The notes under the pieces were generated by a model, which saw only the letters and a list, made by a program, of their open reading frames with translations, was not told where the DNA came from and did no database searches. Below are positions 42,383 through 53,127 of a stretch of DNA of 64,000 bases, in pieces (position 1 is the first letter of the stretch; the number at the start of each line of letters is the position of its first letter). Both the position numbers and the translations under genes were made by a program. The stretch comes from Actinomycetota bacterium (lineage in GTDB: Bacteria; Actinomycetota; Actinomycetes; Actinomycetales; Microbacteriaceae): contig JBEGSA010000002.1 of the NCBI GenBank assembly GCA_041180145.1, positions 14,583 through 78,582 on the forward strand. Reading direction: 5' to 3'.

Positions 42383-43522
42383 TTGGCAACAGAGTTTGTT
42401 GCCAGAGGTGCAGATTTAGAACTAATCGGTATTCGCAAGGAGTACCCAGGTTTCACCGCAATCGAAAATCTCGATTTGCACATTCCGGCTGGCGAATTCT
42501 TTGCGTTACTTGGCCCATCGGGTTGTGGCAAAACCACAACCTTGCGTTTGGTTGCAGGCTTGGATGAACCAACCCGCGGCCAGATTTTGATCGGTGGCAA
42601 GGACATTACGGCGACCAAGCCGCACCAGAGACCAGTGAACACAGTGTTCCAGAGCTATGCCTTGTTTCCACACATGAGCGTTCTCGAAAACGTGGCCTTT
42701 GGTTTGAAGCAACGCAAAATCGAAGATCCGATGCCAAAGGCTCAAGCAGCTCTCGATTTGGTTGAGCTCGGCCACCTGGCCTTGCGCAAGCCGCAGCAGC
42801 TATCAGGCGGTCAGCAGCAACGTGTGGCTCTTGCTCGAGCGCTAGTGAACCGCCCATCGCTTTTGCTTCTAGATGAACCGCTTGGCGCACTCGACCTGAA
42901 GCTTCGTCGCCAGATGCAGATTGAACTTAAGGCAATCCAAATGGAAGTCGGCCTTACCTTCTTGCACGTCACCCATGACCAAGAAGAGGCTATGGATATG
43001 GCCGACACCGTCGCGGTGATGAATAAGGGCCGCATCGAGCAAATGGGAGCACCTGAAAAGCTCTACGATCGACCAAAGACAGTGTTTGTATCTAAGTTCC
43101 TTGGGCAGTCAAACCTTTTCGTTGGCGAAGTTGCCGAGTCAAATGCAGACTCAGTTAGCATCAACGTCTCCGGAAACAAGATCACAGTGCCTAAAGCACG
43201 TGCCGAAAACCACACCGGCACTATCGCCATTGGCGTTCGACCAGAAAAAGCTTTCTTCCACGAAGAAGAGCCGCAGCGGGCTTCAGACTCGAACCTGATT
43301 GGCCCAGGCGAGATCATCGACATTCGTTTCACCGGAGTTAGCAACCAGTATTTGATTGAGATTCCGGCTATCGGTAACGTCACGGTCTTCGCTCAGAACG
43401 TTGGCAAGAGCCCGGTGGTAGAACTTGGAGCCAAGGTTTGGGTTAGCTGGAAGGTTGAGCACAGCTTCGGTCTAGCGGATCTTCCTGCCAACAGCCAAAC
43501 CGAATCAATTTCGGTGATCTAA
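42383..43522 (+). CDS. potA: Polyamine ABC transporter ATP-binding protein
   Basis: [25 protein letters not shown] and LDEPLGALD plus a TOBE-like tail; probable TTG start at 42383. Confidence 0.92.
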   Translation: MATEFVARGADLELIGIRKEYPGFTAIENLDLHIPAGEFFALLGPSGCGKTTTLRLVAGLDEPTRGQILIGGKDITATKPHQRPVNTVFQSYALFPHMSVLENVAFGLKQRKIEDPMPKAQAALDLVELGHLALRKPQQLSGGQQQRVALARALVNRPSLLLLDEPLGALDLKLRRQMQIELKAIQMEVGLTFLHVTHDQEEAMDMADTVAVMNKGRIEQMGAPEKLYDRPKTVFVSKFLGQSNLFVGEVAESNADSVSINVSGNKITVPKARAENHTGTIAIGVRPEKAFFHEEEPQRASDSNLIGPGEIIDIRFTGVSNQYLIEIPAIGNVTVFAQNVGKSPVVELGAKVWVSWKVEHSFGLADLPANSQTESISVI

Positions 43523-43524
43523 CG

Positions 43525-44439
43525 ATGGCATTTGCAGCGTTCGGCCAAAACACCGGCCCATCGGCAAAGGCTCCAACAAAGTCGGGTCGAGTCGCCTGGA
43601 TTTTGCTCCTTCCGGGGCTCATGTATCTCGGCTTGTTTTTCTTGACGCCACTCTTTTCGCTAATCATCACATCACTGCAGGTTCCTGACGCAAGCGGCGA
43701 AATCGGTCGTTACCAGTATGGTTTCGCTATTGAAAACTACTGGCTAGTCATCGAAAGTTATTGGCCACACATCCTTAGATCTTTCGCTTATGCCTTGGCA
43801 GCGACCGTCTTAGCTTTGCTAATCAGCTACCCACTGGCCTATTTCATCGGTGTAAAAGCACGTCGTCGACCGCTGCTTCAAGGTCTGATGCTCACATTGG
43901 TAATTGCACCGTTCTTCATCAGCTTCTTGCTTCGCACGATCGCCTGGAAGCAGATTTTTTCGAACGAATCTTGGATAGTAAACACTCTGCAAAGCACAGG
44001 CCTGCTGGCAGGCGACCAGTACCTAGTTGGTACGCCTTTCATGGTCATCTTTGGACTCACTTACGCCTTCATCCCATTCATGACCCTGCCGATTTATTCA
44101 ACCCTCGAGCGTCTCGACATTCGATACCTAGAAGCTGGCGCTGATCTTTATGCCAGCCCAGCAACAACCTTCCGCAAAATCACTCTGCCGCTTTCGCTTC
44201 CGGGTATCATTTCTGGAACTTTGCTCACCTTCATTCCGATTGCCGGCGACTACGTAAACGCCAGCCGAGACTTCTTGGGCTCAACCGAGACCGCAATGAT
44301 CGGAAACGTCGTTGAGACCAACTACCTTCAGATCAACGACTATCCGGCCGCTTCGGCGCTTTCGGTGCTGTTGATGCTTGCGATTTTGCTTTTGGTCACC
44401 TTCTATGTGAAGCGCAGCGGAACGGATGACCTGCTGTGA
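43525..44439 (+). CDS. potB: Polyamine ABC transporter permease
   Basis: EAA loop LEAGADLYAS; ISYPLAY. Confidence 0.9.
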   Translation: MAFAAFGQNTGPSAKAPTKSGRVAWILLLPGLMYLGLFFLTPLFSLIITSLQVPDASGEIGRYQYGFAIENYWLVIESYWPHILRSFAYALAATVLALLISYPLAYFIGVKARRRPLLQGLMLTLVIAPFFISFLLRTIAWKQIFSNESWIVNTLQSTGLLAGDQYLVGTPFMVIFGLTYAFIPFMTLPIYSTLERLDIRYLEAGADLYASPATTFRKITLPLSLPGIISGTLLTFIPIAGDYVNASRDFLGSTETAMIGNVVETNYLQINDYPAASALSVLLMLAILLLVTFYVKRSGTDDLL

Positions 44440-45233
44440 GAAAGTTTTCGTTTGGCAAGTACGCACTAGCGATCTACTCGCTGCTTGCGATCATCTACCT
44501 CCTGATTCCGATCGGTTACACCTTCGCGTTCTCATTCAACGACTCGGTCAAATCGAACATCTCGTGGCGTGGATTCACGCTCGACAAGTGGACGGGCGTG
44601 TGCAATCAGCAGGGCGTCTGTGAGGCATTCGCTAACTCGGTGTTGATCGGCGTAATCTCTACTGTCATCGCCACCACTCTGGGCACCATGATTGCCATCG
44701 CCCTGGTTCGCTACCGTTTCAAGTTCCGCTCTGCGGTAAGCCTGCTGCTCTTCTTGCCGATGGCAACGCCCGAGGTAGTGCTTGGTGCCGGTCTAGCTTC
44801 TCAGTTCTTGAGCATGGGCACCCAAAAGGGCTTGGTGACCATCATTATCGCGCACGTGATGTTCTGTCTGAGCTTTGTGGTTGTCACGGTAAAAGCACGT
44901 GTTGCATCGCTTGACCCATCGCTCGAAGAAGCAGGTCGCGACCTTTATGGTTCGCCAACCCAGGTGTTCTGGAAGATCACTTTCCCGCTGCTTTTGCCAG
45001 GCATCATCTCGGCGGCCTTGCTCGCGTTTGCGCTCAGCTTCGATGACTTCATCATCACCAACTTCAACGCCGGCCCAGAAACTACCTTCCCGAAATTTGT
45101 TTACACGGCTGCAGCCCGAGGCATTCCAGCCGAGGCAAACGTGATCGGTTCCGCAGTCTTCATCCTCGCTATTGCAATCGTGATGACGGTGCAGATTCGC
45201 ACTTCAATCAAGCAAAAACGGCTTAGTAACTAA
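44436..45233 (+). CDS. potC: Polyamine ABC transporter permease
   Basis: LEEAGRDL and FALSFDDF. Confidence 0.9.
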   Translation: MRKFSFGKYALAIYSLLAIIYLLIPIGYTFAFSFNDSVKSNISWRGFTLDKWTGVCNQQGVCEAFANSVLIGVISTVIATTLGTMIAIALVRYRFKFRSAVSLLLFLPMATPEVVLGAGLASQFLSMGTQKGLVTIIIAHVMFCLSFVVVTVKARVASLDPSLEEAGRDLYGSPTQVFWKITFPLLLPGIISAALLAFALSFDDFIITNFNAGPETTFPKFVYTAAARGIPAEANVIGSAVFILAIAIVMTVQIRTSIKQKRLSN

Positions 45234-46176
45234 CTCCGGCAACCAAGACCGCGTAAGCATCTGGGTGGGTGCTTCTTCCGTTGACTGTGCCAACGAAATC
45301 GTTCTCCGAATTGGCAACGCCAGCTACAAGCACGTTTACTTCGGCCATTTCTGAACCAAGATTTATCTTGAAATAAACCGGGTTGGTGGTTTTGCACACC
45401 ACCGTGAAGTCGGCAAAAGTGTTCACATAATCGGCGGTTCGAACAATGATTTGGTACTTCTGCGAGGCTGGCTCAGAGCAGGCGAAATATATTCCGTCGT
45501 CATAAGCCTCGCCGTTTGGCACAAACCTGCCGTTGTTTGATTGGGTGCCTCCGCTACCGTCTGCCTCATTTATCTCGTATGTGCCGCGCGCAATTTCGCC
45601 CGTTAGGGTTTTCGGATAAAAACCAGTACCTACTGCTGCATTTGCGGTGATGGTCGGGGTTGCGGCACCGGCAATTGCTAGGGCAATAAGCAGCGCTGAA
45701 ATGGTCAAGTTTGTTTTCTTGAACTTTACGGTGGTCGGGTATAAAACTCGGGCAAAAAAGGCCACGATGCCGGCGGCGAAGGTCGCATAGGCGACGATTA
45801 TGCCGGTGAAATGGTCCTGGTTGGTTTCATCGATTCCTGCATTAAATAGCACCCACAGACCGTCAAAAAGCAAAAGCCCAACAAAGACCAACCCGTATGT
45901 CCCGGCTGCACGCCACTTGCTGTCACCGGGTTTAATCAGCCATCGTTCAACCGGATAGGCAATGACAAAAATAACAGCCAAGATGAGTACCACGCTGAAG
46001 GTAACCGCATCCAGGCTGTTCACTAGCCAAACCAGGGTGTGGTCCAGCGTGTCTAGCTGCCGCTGCTGCAGCGCACCCGAAATGCCAACCCAGAGCATCA
46101 CCGGAAAAAACACCGCACTCGAAATGGCAAAGGCACCCGACAGGCGTGCAAGAAAAGTCGGTTGTGAATCAGTCAT
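45223..46176 (-). CDS. Hypothetical membrane protein (about 5 TM plus a C-terminal extracytoplasmic domain)
   Basis: 317 aa ORF; hydrophobic N-terminal half and a beta-rich C-terminal half with a Cys pair. Confidence 0.65.
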   Translation of the reverse strand: MTDSQPTFLARLSGAFAISSAVFFPVMLWVGISGALQQRQLDTLDHTLVWLVNSLDAVTFSVVLILAVIFVIAYPVERWLIKPGDSKWRAAGTYGLVFVGLLLFDGLWVLFNAGIDETNQDHFTGIIVAYATFAAGIVAFFARVLYPTTVKFKKTNLTISALLIALAIAGAATPTITANAAVGTGFYPKTLTGEIARGTYEINEADGSGGTQSNNGRFVPNGEAYDDGIYFACSEPASQKYQIIVRTADYVNTFADFTVVCKTTNPVYFKINLGSEMAEVNVLVAGVANSENDFVGTVNGRSTHPDAYAVLVAGVSY

Positions 46177-46224
46177 GAAAAATCCCCCTAGACCTAAAGC
46201 CTAAGGGGACTTTCCAGGAAACGT

Positions 46225-47559
46225 TTAGAGGCTCTTGATGCCCTCTTCAAGCACGTCGATGGCCTCGTTCAGCAGTGCGTCGCTGATTGCCAAAGGCGGC
46301 AAGAAGCGAATCACGTTGTAGTAGGTGCCGGCGTTCAAGATCAGCACGCCGTTTGAGTGGCAGTGCTTAACTAGCTTGTCGACTGCGGCTTGGTTTGGGT
46401 TCGAGGTGCCGGGTTCAACAAACTCGATAGCCATCATTGCGCCGCGGCCGCGGACATCGCCAACCACAGGGTACTTGGCCTTCAGTTCGTTTAGGCGGGC
46501 GCTGAGCAGGGTTTCTATCTGCTGCGCACGTTCAATAACGCCGCCGGCTTCAATCTGCTTTAGAACGGCAACGGCGGCCGCGGCAGCAACCGGGTTTCCA
46601 CCGAAGGTCCCACCAAGTCCGCCGGGGTGCGAGGCATCCATGATTTCAGCGCGACCAGTAACCGCCGAGATGGGCATGCCGCCGGCAATACCCTTGGCGA
46701 TGGTCATAAGGTCAGGCTCAAAGCCTTCTTCCCAGTCACTAGCGAACCAGCGACCGGTGCGGGCAACGCCCGACTGAACTTCGTCGGCAATCAGAACAAC
46801 ACCGTTCGCGTGGGTCCAGTCGCTCAAAGCCTTCAAGAAACCTGGGGCGGGCACAATAAAGCCACCCTCGCCCTGAATTGGCTCGATAACTACTGCTGCT
46901 AGGTCTTCGAGGCCGACTCGCTTTTCAATGTATGTGATTGCGCGCTGCGCTGCCTCGGCGCCGGTCATTCCCGCTGGGTCACGGAACGGGTAAGACATCG
47001 GAACGTGCTGAATGCTGCCAGCCATGGGGCCAAAACCGTTGCCGTAGGGAGCCGCTTTGAAGTTCATCGAATAGGTCAGGTTGGTGCGACCGTGGTAGGC
47101 GTGGTCGAAGACCACGATGCCGTTCTTTCGAGTTGCCTTGCGAGCGATCTTGACCGCGTTCTCAACTGCCTCAGCACCCGAGTTGAAGAGTACTGACTTC
47201 TTCTTGTGGTTTCCGGGGGTGTTCTTGTTTAGAAGCTCACAAACCTCTACGTACTGCTCGTAGGGGGTGAGGGTAAAAAGAGTGTGGGTCAGGTTGGCAA
47301 CCTGCTCTTGAACGGCCTTAACCACGGCTTCGTTGGTGTGACCGATTGTGGTTACTCCGATACCCGCACCAAGGTCAATCAGGTGGTTTCCATCGGCGTC
47401 GACCAAGATGGCTCCATGCGCCTTTTCGATGTAGACCGGAAGGGCGGCACCGGCACCGGCCGATACTGCATCAAGTCGGCGCGCATGAAGTGCTTGCGAC
47501 TTAGGGCCGGGGATTGAAGTGACTACTTTGCGCTCTTGCGCGACTGGAAACTCGCTCAT
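46225..47559 (-). CDS. gabT: 4-aminobutyrate--2-oxoglutarate transaminase
   Basis: NSGAEAVENAVK, YHGRT, EPIQGEGG, DEVQSG, AKGIAGG and GGTFGGNP. Confidence 0.95.
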   Translation of the reverse strand: MSEFPVAQERKVVTSIPGPKSQALHARRLDAVSAGAGAALPVYIEKAHGAILVDADGNHLIDLGAGIGVTTIGHTNEAVVKAVQEQVANLTHTLFTLTPYEQYVEVCELLNKNTPGNHKKKSVLFNSGAEAVENAVKIARKATRKNGIVVFDHAYHGRTNLTYSMNFKAAPYGNGFGPMAGSIQHVPMSYPFRDPAGMTGAEAAQRAITYIEKRVGLEDLAAVVIEPIQGEGGFIVPAPGFLKALSDWTHANGVVLIADEVQSGVARTGRWFASDWEEGFEPDLMTIAKGIAGGMPISAVTGRAEIMDASHPGGLGGTFGGNPVAAAAAVAVLKQIEAGGVIERAQQIETLLSARLNELKAKYPVVGDVRGRGAMMAIEFVEPGTSNPNQAAVDKLVKHCHSNGVLILNAGTYYNVIRFLPPLAISDALLNEAIDVLEEGIKSL

Positions 47560-47636
47560 AACTAAAAGTCTAAGCCTCGGGTTTGGCTATCGAAGCCCAT
47601 GACCGAAAACTCTCATTGAAGTGGCAAGATTGACCC

Positions 47637-48722
47637 ATGCGTCGCGTGATTATTCTTGGTTCAACCGGCTCGATTGGCACTCAAGCCCTCGAGGTTATTG
47701 CCGCCAATCCTGACCGGTTCAAGTTGGTTGGTCTCGCTGCCGGCCAGAACAAAGAATTACTCGATCAGCAGAGCTCAGTATTTGGGGGAGTGCGCGCGGT
47801 TCAGGGAGCCGAAGCAGCTACCCGTCTGGTCGAAGAGACCGAAGCCGATGTTGTAGTTAATGGAATTACCGGCTCGATTGGTTTGGCGCCAACCCTTGCA
47901 ACTCTCAAGACTGGCAAGACTTTGGCGCTAGCAAATAAAGAGTCGCTTATTGTCGGCGGTCGGTTAGTGACCGAGGCGGCTGCACCAGGACAGATTGTGC
48001 CGGTCGATAGCGAACACTCGGCGCTCGCGCAATGTCTGCTTGGCGGAACCAAGGACGAAGTTCGCAAGCTGATTCTCACCGCTTCGGGCGGTCCGTTCCG
48101 CGGCTGGTCTCGAGAGCAACTCGATGCCGTCACTCCGGCGCAAGCACTCGCGCACCCAACCTGGGTCATGGGCAAGGTGGTTACCACCAATTCCGCGACG
48201 TTGGTGAACAAGGGGCTTGAACTCATCGAAGCTCACCTCTTGTTCGATATTCCCTTTGATCGCATAGATGTAACCGTGCACCCTCAGTCTGTGGTTCACT
48301 CGATGGTTGAATTCGTCGATGGTTCGGTGCTGGCTCAATGCTCGCCTCCGAACATGAAGCTTCCGATTGCCCTCGGTATGTCTTGGCCAGATCGCGTGCC
48401 AAATGTTGCGGCGGCTTGCGACTGGACTCAGGCCGCAACCTGGAACTTTGAACCGCTAAACGAATCGGTTTTTGGCGCCGTTCGTCTGGCTCGTCAGGTT
48501 GGCTCAGCCGGGCTCACATATCCTGCGGTTTTCAATGCAGCAAACGAAGAAGCAGTAGAAGCTTTCCACGCCGGCAAGATCGGTTTCAACCAGATTGTCG
48601 ACCTAGTAAAGCGGGTGGTTGACGCCCACGAAGCCGACAAAGAGCTTTCTTTGCAGTCTGTGCTGGCTGCCGAGGCTTGGGCGCGCAATCGGGCCAACGG
48701 TGTCATTGCCCAGGCGTGCTAG
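47637..48722 (+). CDS. dxr: 1-deoxy-D-xylulose-5-phosphate reductoisomerase
   Basis: GSTGSIG, LANKE, PVDSEH, TASGGPF, HPTW.MG and NKGLE. Confidence 0.98.
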   Translation: MRRVIILGSTGSIGTQALEVIAANPDRFKLVGLAAGQNKELLDQQSSVFGGVRAVQGAEAATRLVEETEADVVVNGITGSIGLAPTLATLKTGKTLALANKESLIVGGRLVTEAAAPGQIVPVDSEHSALAQCLLGGTKDEVRKLILTASGGPFRGWSREQLDAVTPAQALAHPTWVMGKVVTTNSATLVNKGLELIEAHLLFDIPFDRIDVTVHPQSVVHSMVEFVDGSVLAQCSPPNMKLPIALGMSWPDRVPNVAAACDWTQAATWNFEPLNESVFGAVRLARQVGSAGLTYPAVFNAANEEAVEAFHAGKIGFNQIVDLVKRVVDAHEADKELSLQSVLAAEAWARNRANGVIAQAC

Positions 48723-48727
48723 GCAAA

Positions 48728-48750
48728 TTGTCAGACAGCAGGGTTAGGGT
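48728..48750 (+). promoter_or_regulatory. PafBC/RecA-NDp-like promoter TGTCAG-N10-TAGGGT ahead of leaderless rseP
   Basis: TGTCAG at 48729-48734, TAGGGT at 48745-48750, GTG start 6 nt later. Confidence 0.4.
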
Positions 48751-48756
48751 TTAGTC

Positions 48757-50067
48757 GTGACCGATTCTCTTCTCTACGTTCTAGGCATTCTGGCTGTCGC
48801 CGTCGGCATTGGCTTCTCAATTGGTCTTCACGAGCTTGGGCACCTTTTGCCGGCAAAACTTTTTGGCATCAAGGTGCCTCGCTACGCGATTGGGTTTGGC
48901 CCAAAGCTTTTCTCTAAGCAAATTGGCGAAACCGAATACTCCATTCGCCTGATTCCTCTGGGTGGCTTCATCACCATGATCGGCATGTATTTGCCCTCTA
49001 AGCCAGGCCAAAAAGAAGGTCAGGGTTTTTTCAGTGGCATGGTCACAAGTGCCCGGCACGCTCATGAAGAACACGTAGGGCCTGGCGACGAAGGCCGCAT
49101 GTTCTTCAAGCTTCCGGTCTACAAACGCTTGGTCATCATGTTTGGTGGCCCCCTAATGAACCTAATTTTGGGCACTGTTCTAATGTCCGTGGCACTCTCA
49201 GGCATCGGCGTCCAGCAGCGATCACTCACAGTGGGCGATGTCAGTGCGTGTGTCATTTTCGACCCCACCATTCAGCAAGCTTGCCAAGCAACTGACCCGG
49301 TGTCGCCTGCCAAGGTCGCTGGGCTCGCTGCCGGCGACAAAATTGTGTCTTACGCCTCAACGCCTGTGGGTGATTGGCAGTCTCTCTCTGGCCTAATGAA
49401 AGCTTCCGAAACAGCTGAAATTGTGGTTGAGCGTTCAGGAGAACTAGTCTCTCTAAACATCACGCCGGCAAAGGCATTGCGCGGCAAGGTCGGGCCGAAT
49501 GGTTCGCTAGAGGTCGATGCCGACGGCAAGCCAATTCTTATCTCGACGCCGGTCCTTGGCATCTCGCTAGGCACCGAGCTAAGGCCACTGCCGCTGGGCA
49601 TCTCGCTAACCCAATCTGCCAGTTCGGTTGGTCAGGTTTTTGACATGATCGGCCACTTGCCGCAACAGCTAACCGAAACCGCCGTGGCTACCTTCTCTGG
49701 CGAACCACGCAAGACTTCCGGAGCAATCTCCATCGTCGGCATAGGCCAAATTGCCGGTGAGGTGTCGTCTTCAGAAACCGCCTCTGGATTCGAAAAGCTT
49801 TCCACGGGATTACTGATTCTGGCTTCGCTTAACTTTGCGCTATTCGCTTTTAACATGTTGCCGCTGTTGCCGCTTGATGGCGGCCACATAGCCGGTGGGG
49901 TTTATGAATGGATCAAACGTGGCGTCTTCAAGGTGTTGCGCAAACCAGATCCGGGCCCAGTAGACACCGCTATTTTGATGCCGCTAACTTGGTTCGTTTT
50001 CATCTTGCTCATGGCCATGAGTGCGGTTCTCATCGTTGCCGACATCATCAACCCAATTAGCTACTAA
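48757..50067 (+). CDS. rseP: Site-2 (M50) intramembrane metalloprotease with PDZ domain (RseP/Rip1)
   Basis: HELGH, GGPLMN and NMLPLLPLDGGH; located between dxr and ispG. Confidence 0.93.
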   Translation: MTDSLLYVLGILAVAVGIGFSIGLHELGHLLPAKLFGIKVPRYAIGFGPKLFSKQIGETEYSIRLIPLGGFITMIGMYLPSKPGQKEGQGFFSGMVTSARHAHEEHVGPGDEGRMFFKLPVYKRLVIMFGGPLMNLILGTVLMSVALSGIGVQQRSLTVGDVSACVIFDPTIQQACQATDPVSPAKVAGLAAGDKIVSYASTPVGDWQSLSGLMKASETAEIVVERSGELVSLNITPAKALRGKVGPNGSLEVDADGKPILISTPVLGISLGTELRPLPLGISLTQSASSVGQVFDMIGHLPQQLTETAVATFSGEPRKTSGAISIVGIGQIAGEVSSSETASGFEKLSTGLLILASLNFALFAFNMLPLLPLDGGHIAGGVYEWIKRGVFKVLRKPDPGPVDTAILMPLTWFVFILLMAMSAVLIVADIINPISY

Positions 50068-50111
50068 AGGTTGTTTATGATTGTGGCAACAGCAATCGAA
50101 AGTGAGCTCTA

Positions 50112-51269
50112 GTGGCCGCCACAAATCTAGGTCTTCCAAAGGCACCGCCCCCTGTTCTTGCGCCTCGTCGCAAGACCCGCCAGATCATGGTTGGCAAGGT
50201 TGCCGTTGGTGGCGATGCGCCGATCTCGGTGCAATCAATGTGCACCACGCCAACCACCGATGTCAACGCGACCCTTCAGCAGATTGCCGAGCTAACTGCT
50301 TCGGGCTGCGACATCGTGCGCGTGGCCGTGCCAAGCCAAGACGACGCAGACCGTCTCGCTCTAATTGCTCGCAAGTCTCAAATCCCGGTCATCGCCGACA
50401 TTCACTTCCAGCCGAAATACGTTTTCCAGGCAATCGATGCCGGTTGTGGTGCGGTTCGAGTTAATCCTGGCAACATCCGCCAGTTTGACGACAAGGTCGG
50501 CGAGATCGCCAAGGCAGCCAAAGATGCGGGTGTATCGATTCGAATCGGTGTCAACGCTGGTTCGCTTGACCCTCGCCTTCTGCAAAAGTATGGCAAAGCC
50601 ACCGCCGAAGCACTCGTCGAGTCTGCTGTCTGGGAGGCAAGCCTCTTCGAGGAGCACGATTTCCACGATTTCAAAATTTCGGTCAAGCACAACGACCCTG
50701 TCGTTATGGTCAAGGCTTATCAGTTGCTGTCTGAGCGCGGCGACTGGCCCCTTCACCTGGGTGTAACCGAGGCCGGCCCAGCTTTTCAGGGCACAATCAA
50801 GTCATCGGTCGCTTTTGGTGCGTTGCTAGCGCAGGGCATTGGCGACACCATCCGAGTTTCACTTTCTGCTCCACCGGTTGAAGAGATCAAGGTTGGTTCT
50901 CAGATTCTTGAGTCACTCAATCTTCGCCCTCGCAAACTCGAGATCGTCAGCTGCCCAAGTTGTGGTCGAGCACAGGTCGACGTTTACACCTTGGCCAACG
51001 ATGTCACCGCCGGTCTTGAAAAACTAACCGTGCCTTTGCGCGTTGCCGTGATGGGATGCGTGGTCAATGGTCCCGGTGAGGCCCGCGAGGCAGATCTAGG
51101 TGTTGCTTCGGGCAATGGCAAGGGTCAAATCTTTGTCAAGGGCGAGGTAATCAAGACCGTGCCGGAGAGTGAAATTGTTGCCACGCTAATCGAAGAGGCA
51201 AACCGCCTTGCTGCCGAGATGGATCCATCCCTGGTCGGCAGCCCTACGGTTGTGGTTGCTCAAAAGTAA
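50112..51269 (+). CDS. ispG: (E)-4-hydroxy-3-methylbut-2-enyl-diphosphate synthase
   Basis: [30 protein letters not shown] and [10 protein letters not shown]. Confidence 0.98.
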   Translation: MAATNLGLPKAPPPVLAPRRKTRQIMVGKVAVGGDAPISVQSMCTTPTTDVNATLQQIAELTASGCDIVRVAVPSQDDADRLALIARKSQIPVIADIHFQPKYVFQAIDAGCGAVRVNPGNIRQFDDKVGEIAKAAKDAGVSIRIGVNAGSLDPRLLQKYGKATAEALVESAVWEASLFEEHDFHDFKISVKHNDPVVMVKAYQLLSERGDWPLHLGVTEAGPAFQGTIKSSVAFGALLAQGIGDTIRVSLSAPPVEEIKVGSQILESLNLRPRKLEIVSCPSCGRAQVDVYTLANDVTAGLEKLTVPLRVAVMGCVVNGPGEAREADLGVASGNGKGQIFVKGEVIKTVPESEIVATLIEEANRLAAEMDPSLVGSPTVVVAQK

Positions 51270-51297
51270 TCGGGCGACCAAGGGGTAAACTGGCACA

Positions 51298-53061
51298 ATG
51301 CCAATTCGCCTCTCGAATCTTTTCCTGCGCACTCTGCGTGAAGACCCAGCAAACGCCGACGTAGCCGGCCACAAGCTCTTGCTCCGCGCGGGCTACATCC
51401 GCAGTGCAGGTGCCGGTCTTTACACCTGGTTGCCTCTGGGTCTAGCCGTTAAGGCAAAGATCGAACAGGTGATTCGTGAAGAGATGGCAAACGCCGGCGC
51501 TCAAGAAGTTTTCTTTCCCGCGCTACTGCCACGTGAACCGTTTGAGGCAACCGGTCGGTGGACCGAATATGGCGACAACCTTTTCCGTCTTCAAGACCGC
51601 AAAAAGGGCGACTACCTTCTAGCTCCGACACACGAAGAGATGTTTACCCTTCTGGTCAAGGACCTTTACTCGAGCTACAAAGACCTTCCACTCTGCATCT
51701 ATCAAATTCAAAACAAATATCGCGACGAGGCCCGACCTCGCGCCGGCCTACTTCGTGGCCGTGAATTTGTGATGAAAGATGCCTACAGCTTTGATGTCAC
51801 CGACGAGGGCCTTCGCGCTGCCTACCAGGCTCAACGCGACGCCTACGAGCGCATCTTCACGCGTCTCGGCGTTGATTACGTAATCGTCAAGGCAGATGCA
51901 GGAGCCATGGGTGGTTCGGCATCCGAAGAATTCTTATCGCCAAGCCCAATCGGCGAAGACACCTTTGTGCGGTCGCCGGGTGGCTATGCAGCAAACGTAG
52001 AGGCAGTCGCCACTGTTGCGCCGCAGGCTTTGCCGATCGAAGGCCAGCCAGCAGCAGTGGTTCACCCCTCGCCAAACACCCCAACCATCAGTTCTTTGGT
52101 CGACCTAGCGAATGCTTCAGTCAAGCGGGCAGATGGCCGCGAGTGGACAGCAGCTGATACCCTCAAGAACGTTGTGCTTGCGCTTACCTCGCCAGAGGGC
52201 AAGCGTTCACTGGTTGTGGTTGGTTTGCCGGGTGATCGTGAAGTCGATGCAAAGCGTGCGGAGGCCGCTTTCTCGCCAAACGATGTCGAGCCAGCCACCG
52301 AAGAAGACTTTGCTAAGAATCCCGCTCTGGTCAAAGGCTACATCGGGCCAGTCAAGGGCGGCCAGGCTGTTCTTGGTCTCGAAGGCACCTCAAAGATTCG
52401 CTATCTGCTAGATCCACGTGTGGTCGATGGAACCGCCTGGATCACCGGTGCAAATGAATCCGAGAAGCACGTATTTGACTTAGTCAAGGGCCGCGATTTT
52501 GGTGCCGATGGCATTGCCGACATCGCCGAGGTTCGTGCTGGTGACCAAGCTCCAGACGGTTCAGGCCCGCTTGAGCTGGCTCGTGGCATCGAGATTGGTC
52601 ACGTCTTCCAGCTAGGCCGCAAGTATGCCGAGGCTCTTGACCTCAAGGTACTCGACGAGAATGGCAAGCTTGTCACCGTAACCATGGGGTCTTACGGAAT
52701 CGGTGTTACCCGCATGGTCGCAGTCTTGGCTGAAGCAAACCGTGACGATAAAGGTTTGATTTGGCCAGAAGCCGTGTCGCCTGCCGATGTCTATGTTGTC
52801 GCAGCCGGCAAAGACGAAAATGTCTACGAAACGGCCGAAAAGCTAGCGGCCGATCTAGAGGCAAAAGGCAAGACCGTGATCTTGGATGACCGCCTCAAGG
52901 TAAGCCCGGGAGTCAAATTTGGCGATGCCGAGCTAATCGGTGTTCCAAACATCGTCATCGTTGGCAAGGGTCTAGAGAACGGCGAAGTCGACCTCTGGGA
53001 TCGCCGATCGGGCGAGCGCCGCGCGGTCAAGCTAGAATCGGCTCTGGCTGAGTTGCTCTAA
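51298..53061 (+). CDS. proS: Proline--tRNA ligase with insertion editing domain
   Basis: [33 protein letters not shown] and MGSYGIG. Confidence 0.98.
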   Translation: MPIRLSNLFLRTLREDPANADVAGHKLLLRAGYIRSAGAGLYTWLPLGLAVKAKIEQVIREEMANAGAQEVFFPALLPREPFEATGRWTEYGDNLFRLQDRKKGDYLLAPTHEEMFTLLVKDLYSSYKDLPLCIYQIQNKYRDEARPRAGLLRGREFVMKDAYSFDVTDEGLRAAYQAQRDAYERIFTRLGVDYVIVKADAGAMGGSASEEFLSPSPIGEDTFVRSPGGYAANVEAVATVAPQALPIEGQPAAVVHPSPNTPTISSLVDLANASVKRADGREWTAADTLKNVVLALTSPEGKRSLVVVGLPGDREVDAKRAEAAFSPNDVEPATEEDFAKNPALVKGYIGPVKGGQAVLGLEGTSKIRYLLDPRVVDGTAWITGANESEKHVFDLVKGRDFGADGIADIAEVRAGDQAPDGSGPLELARGIEIGHVFQLGRKYAEALDLKVLDENGKLVTVTMGSYGIGVTRMVAVLAEANRDDKGLIWPEAVSPADVYVVAAGKDENVYETAEKLAADLEAKGKTVILDDRLKVSPGVKFGDAELIGVPNIVIVGKGLENGEVDLWDRRSGERRAVKLESALAELL

Positions 53062-53127
53062 AACTCTTTCGCTACAAGCTTCAAATCTGTACATTTACAA
53101 CTAACTAACGGCCTGGGAGGCATTTTC

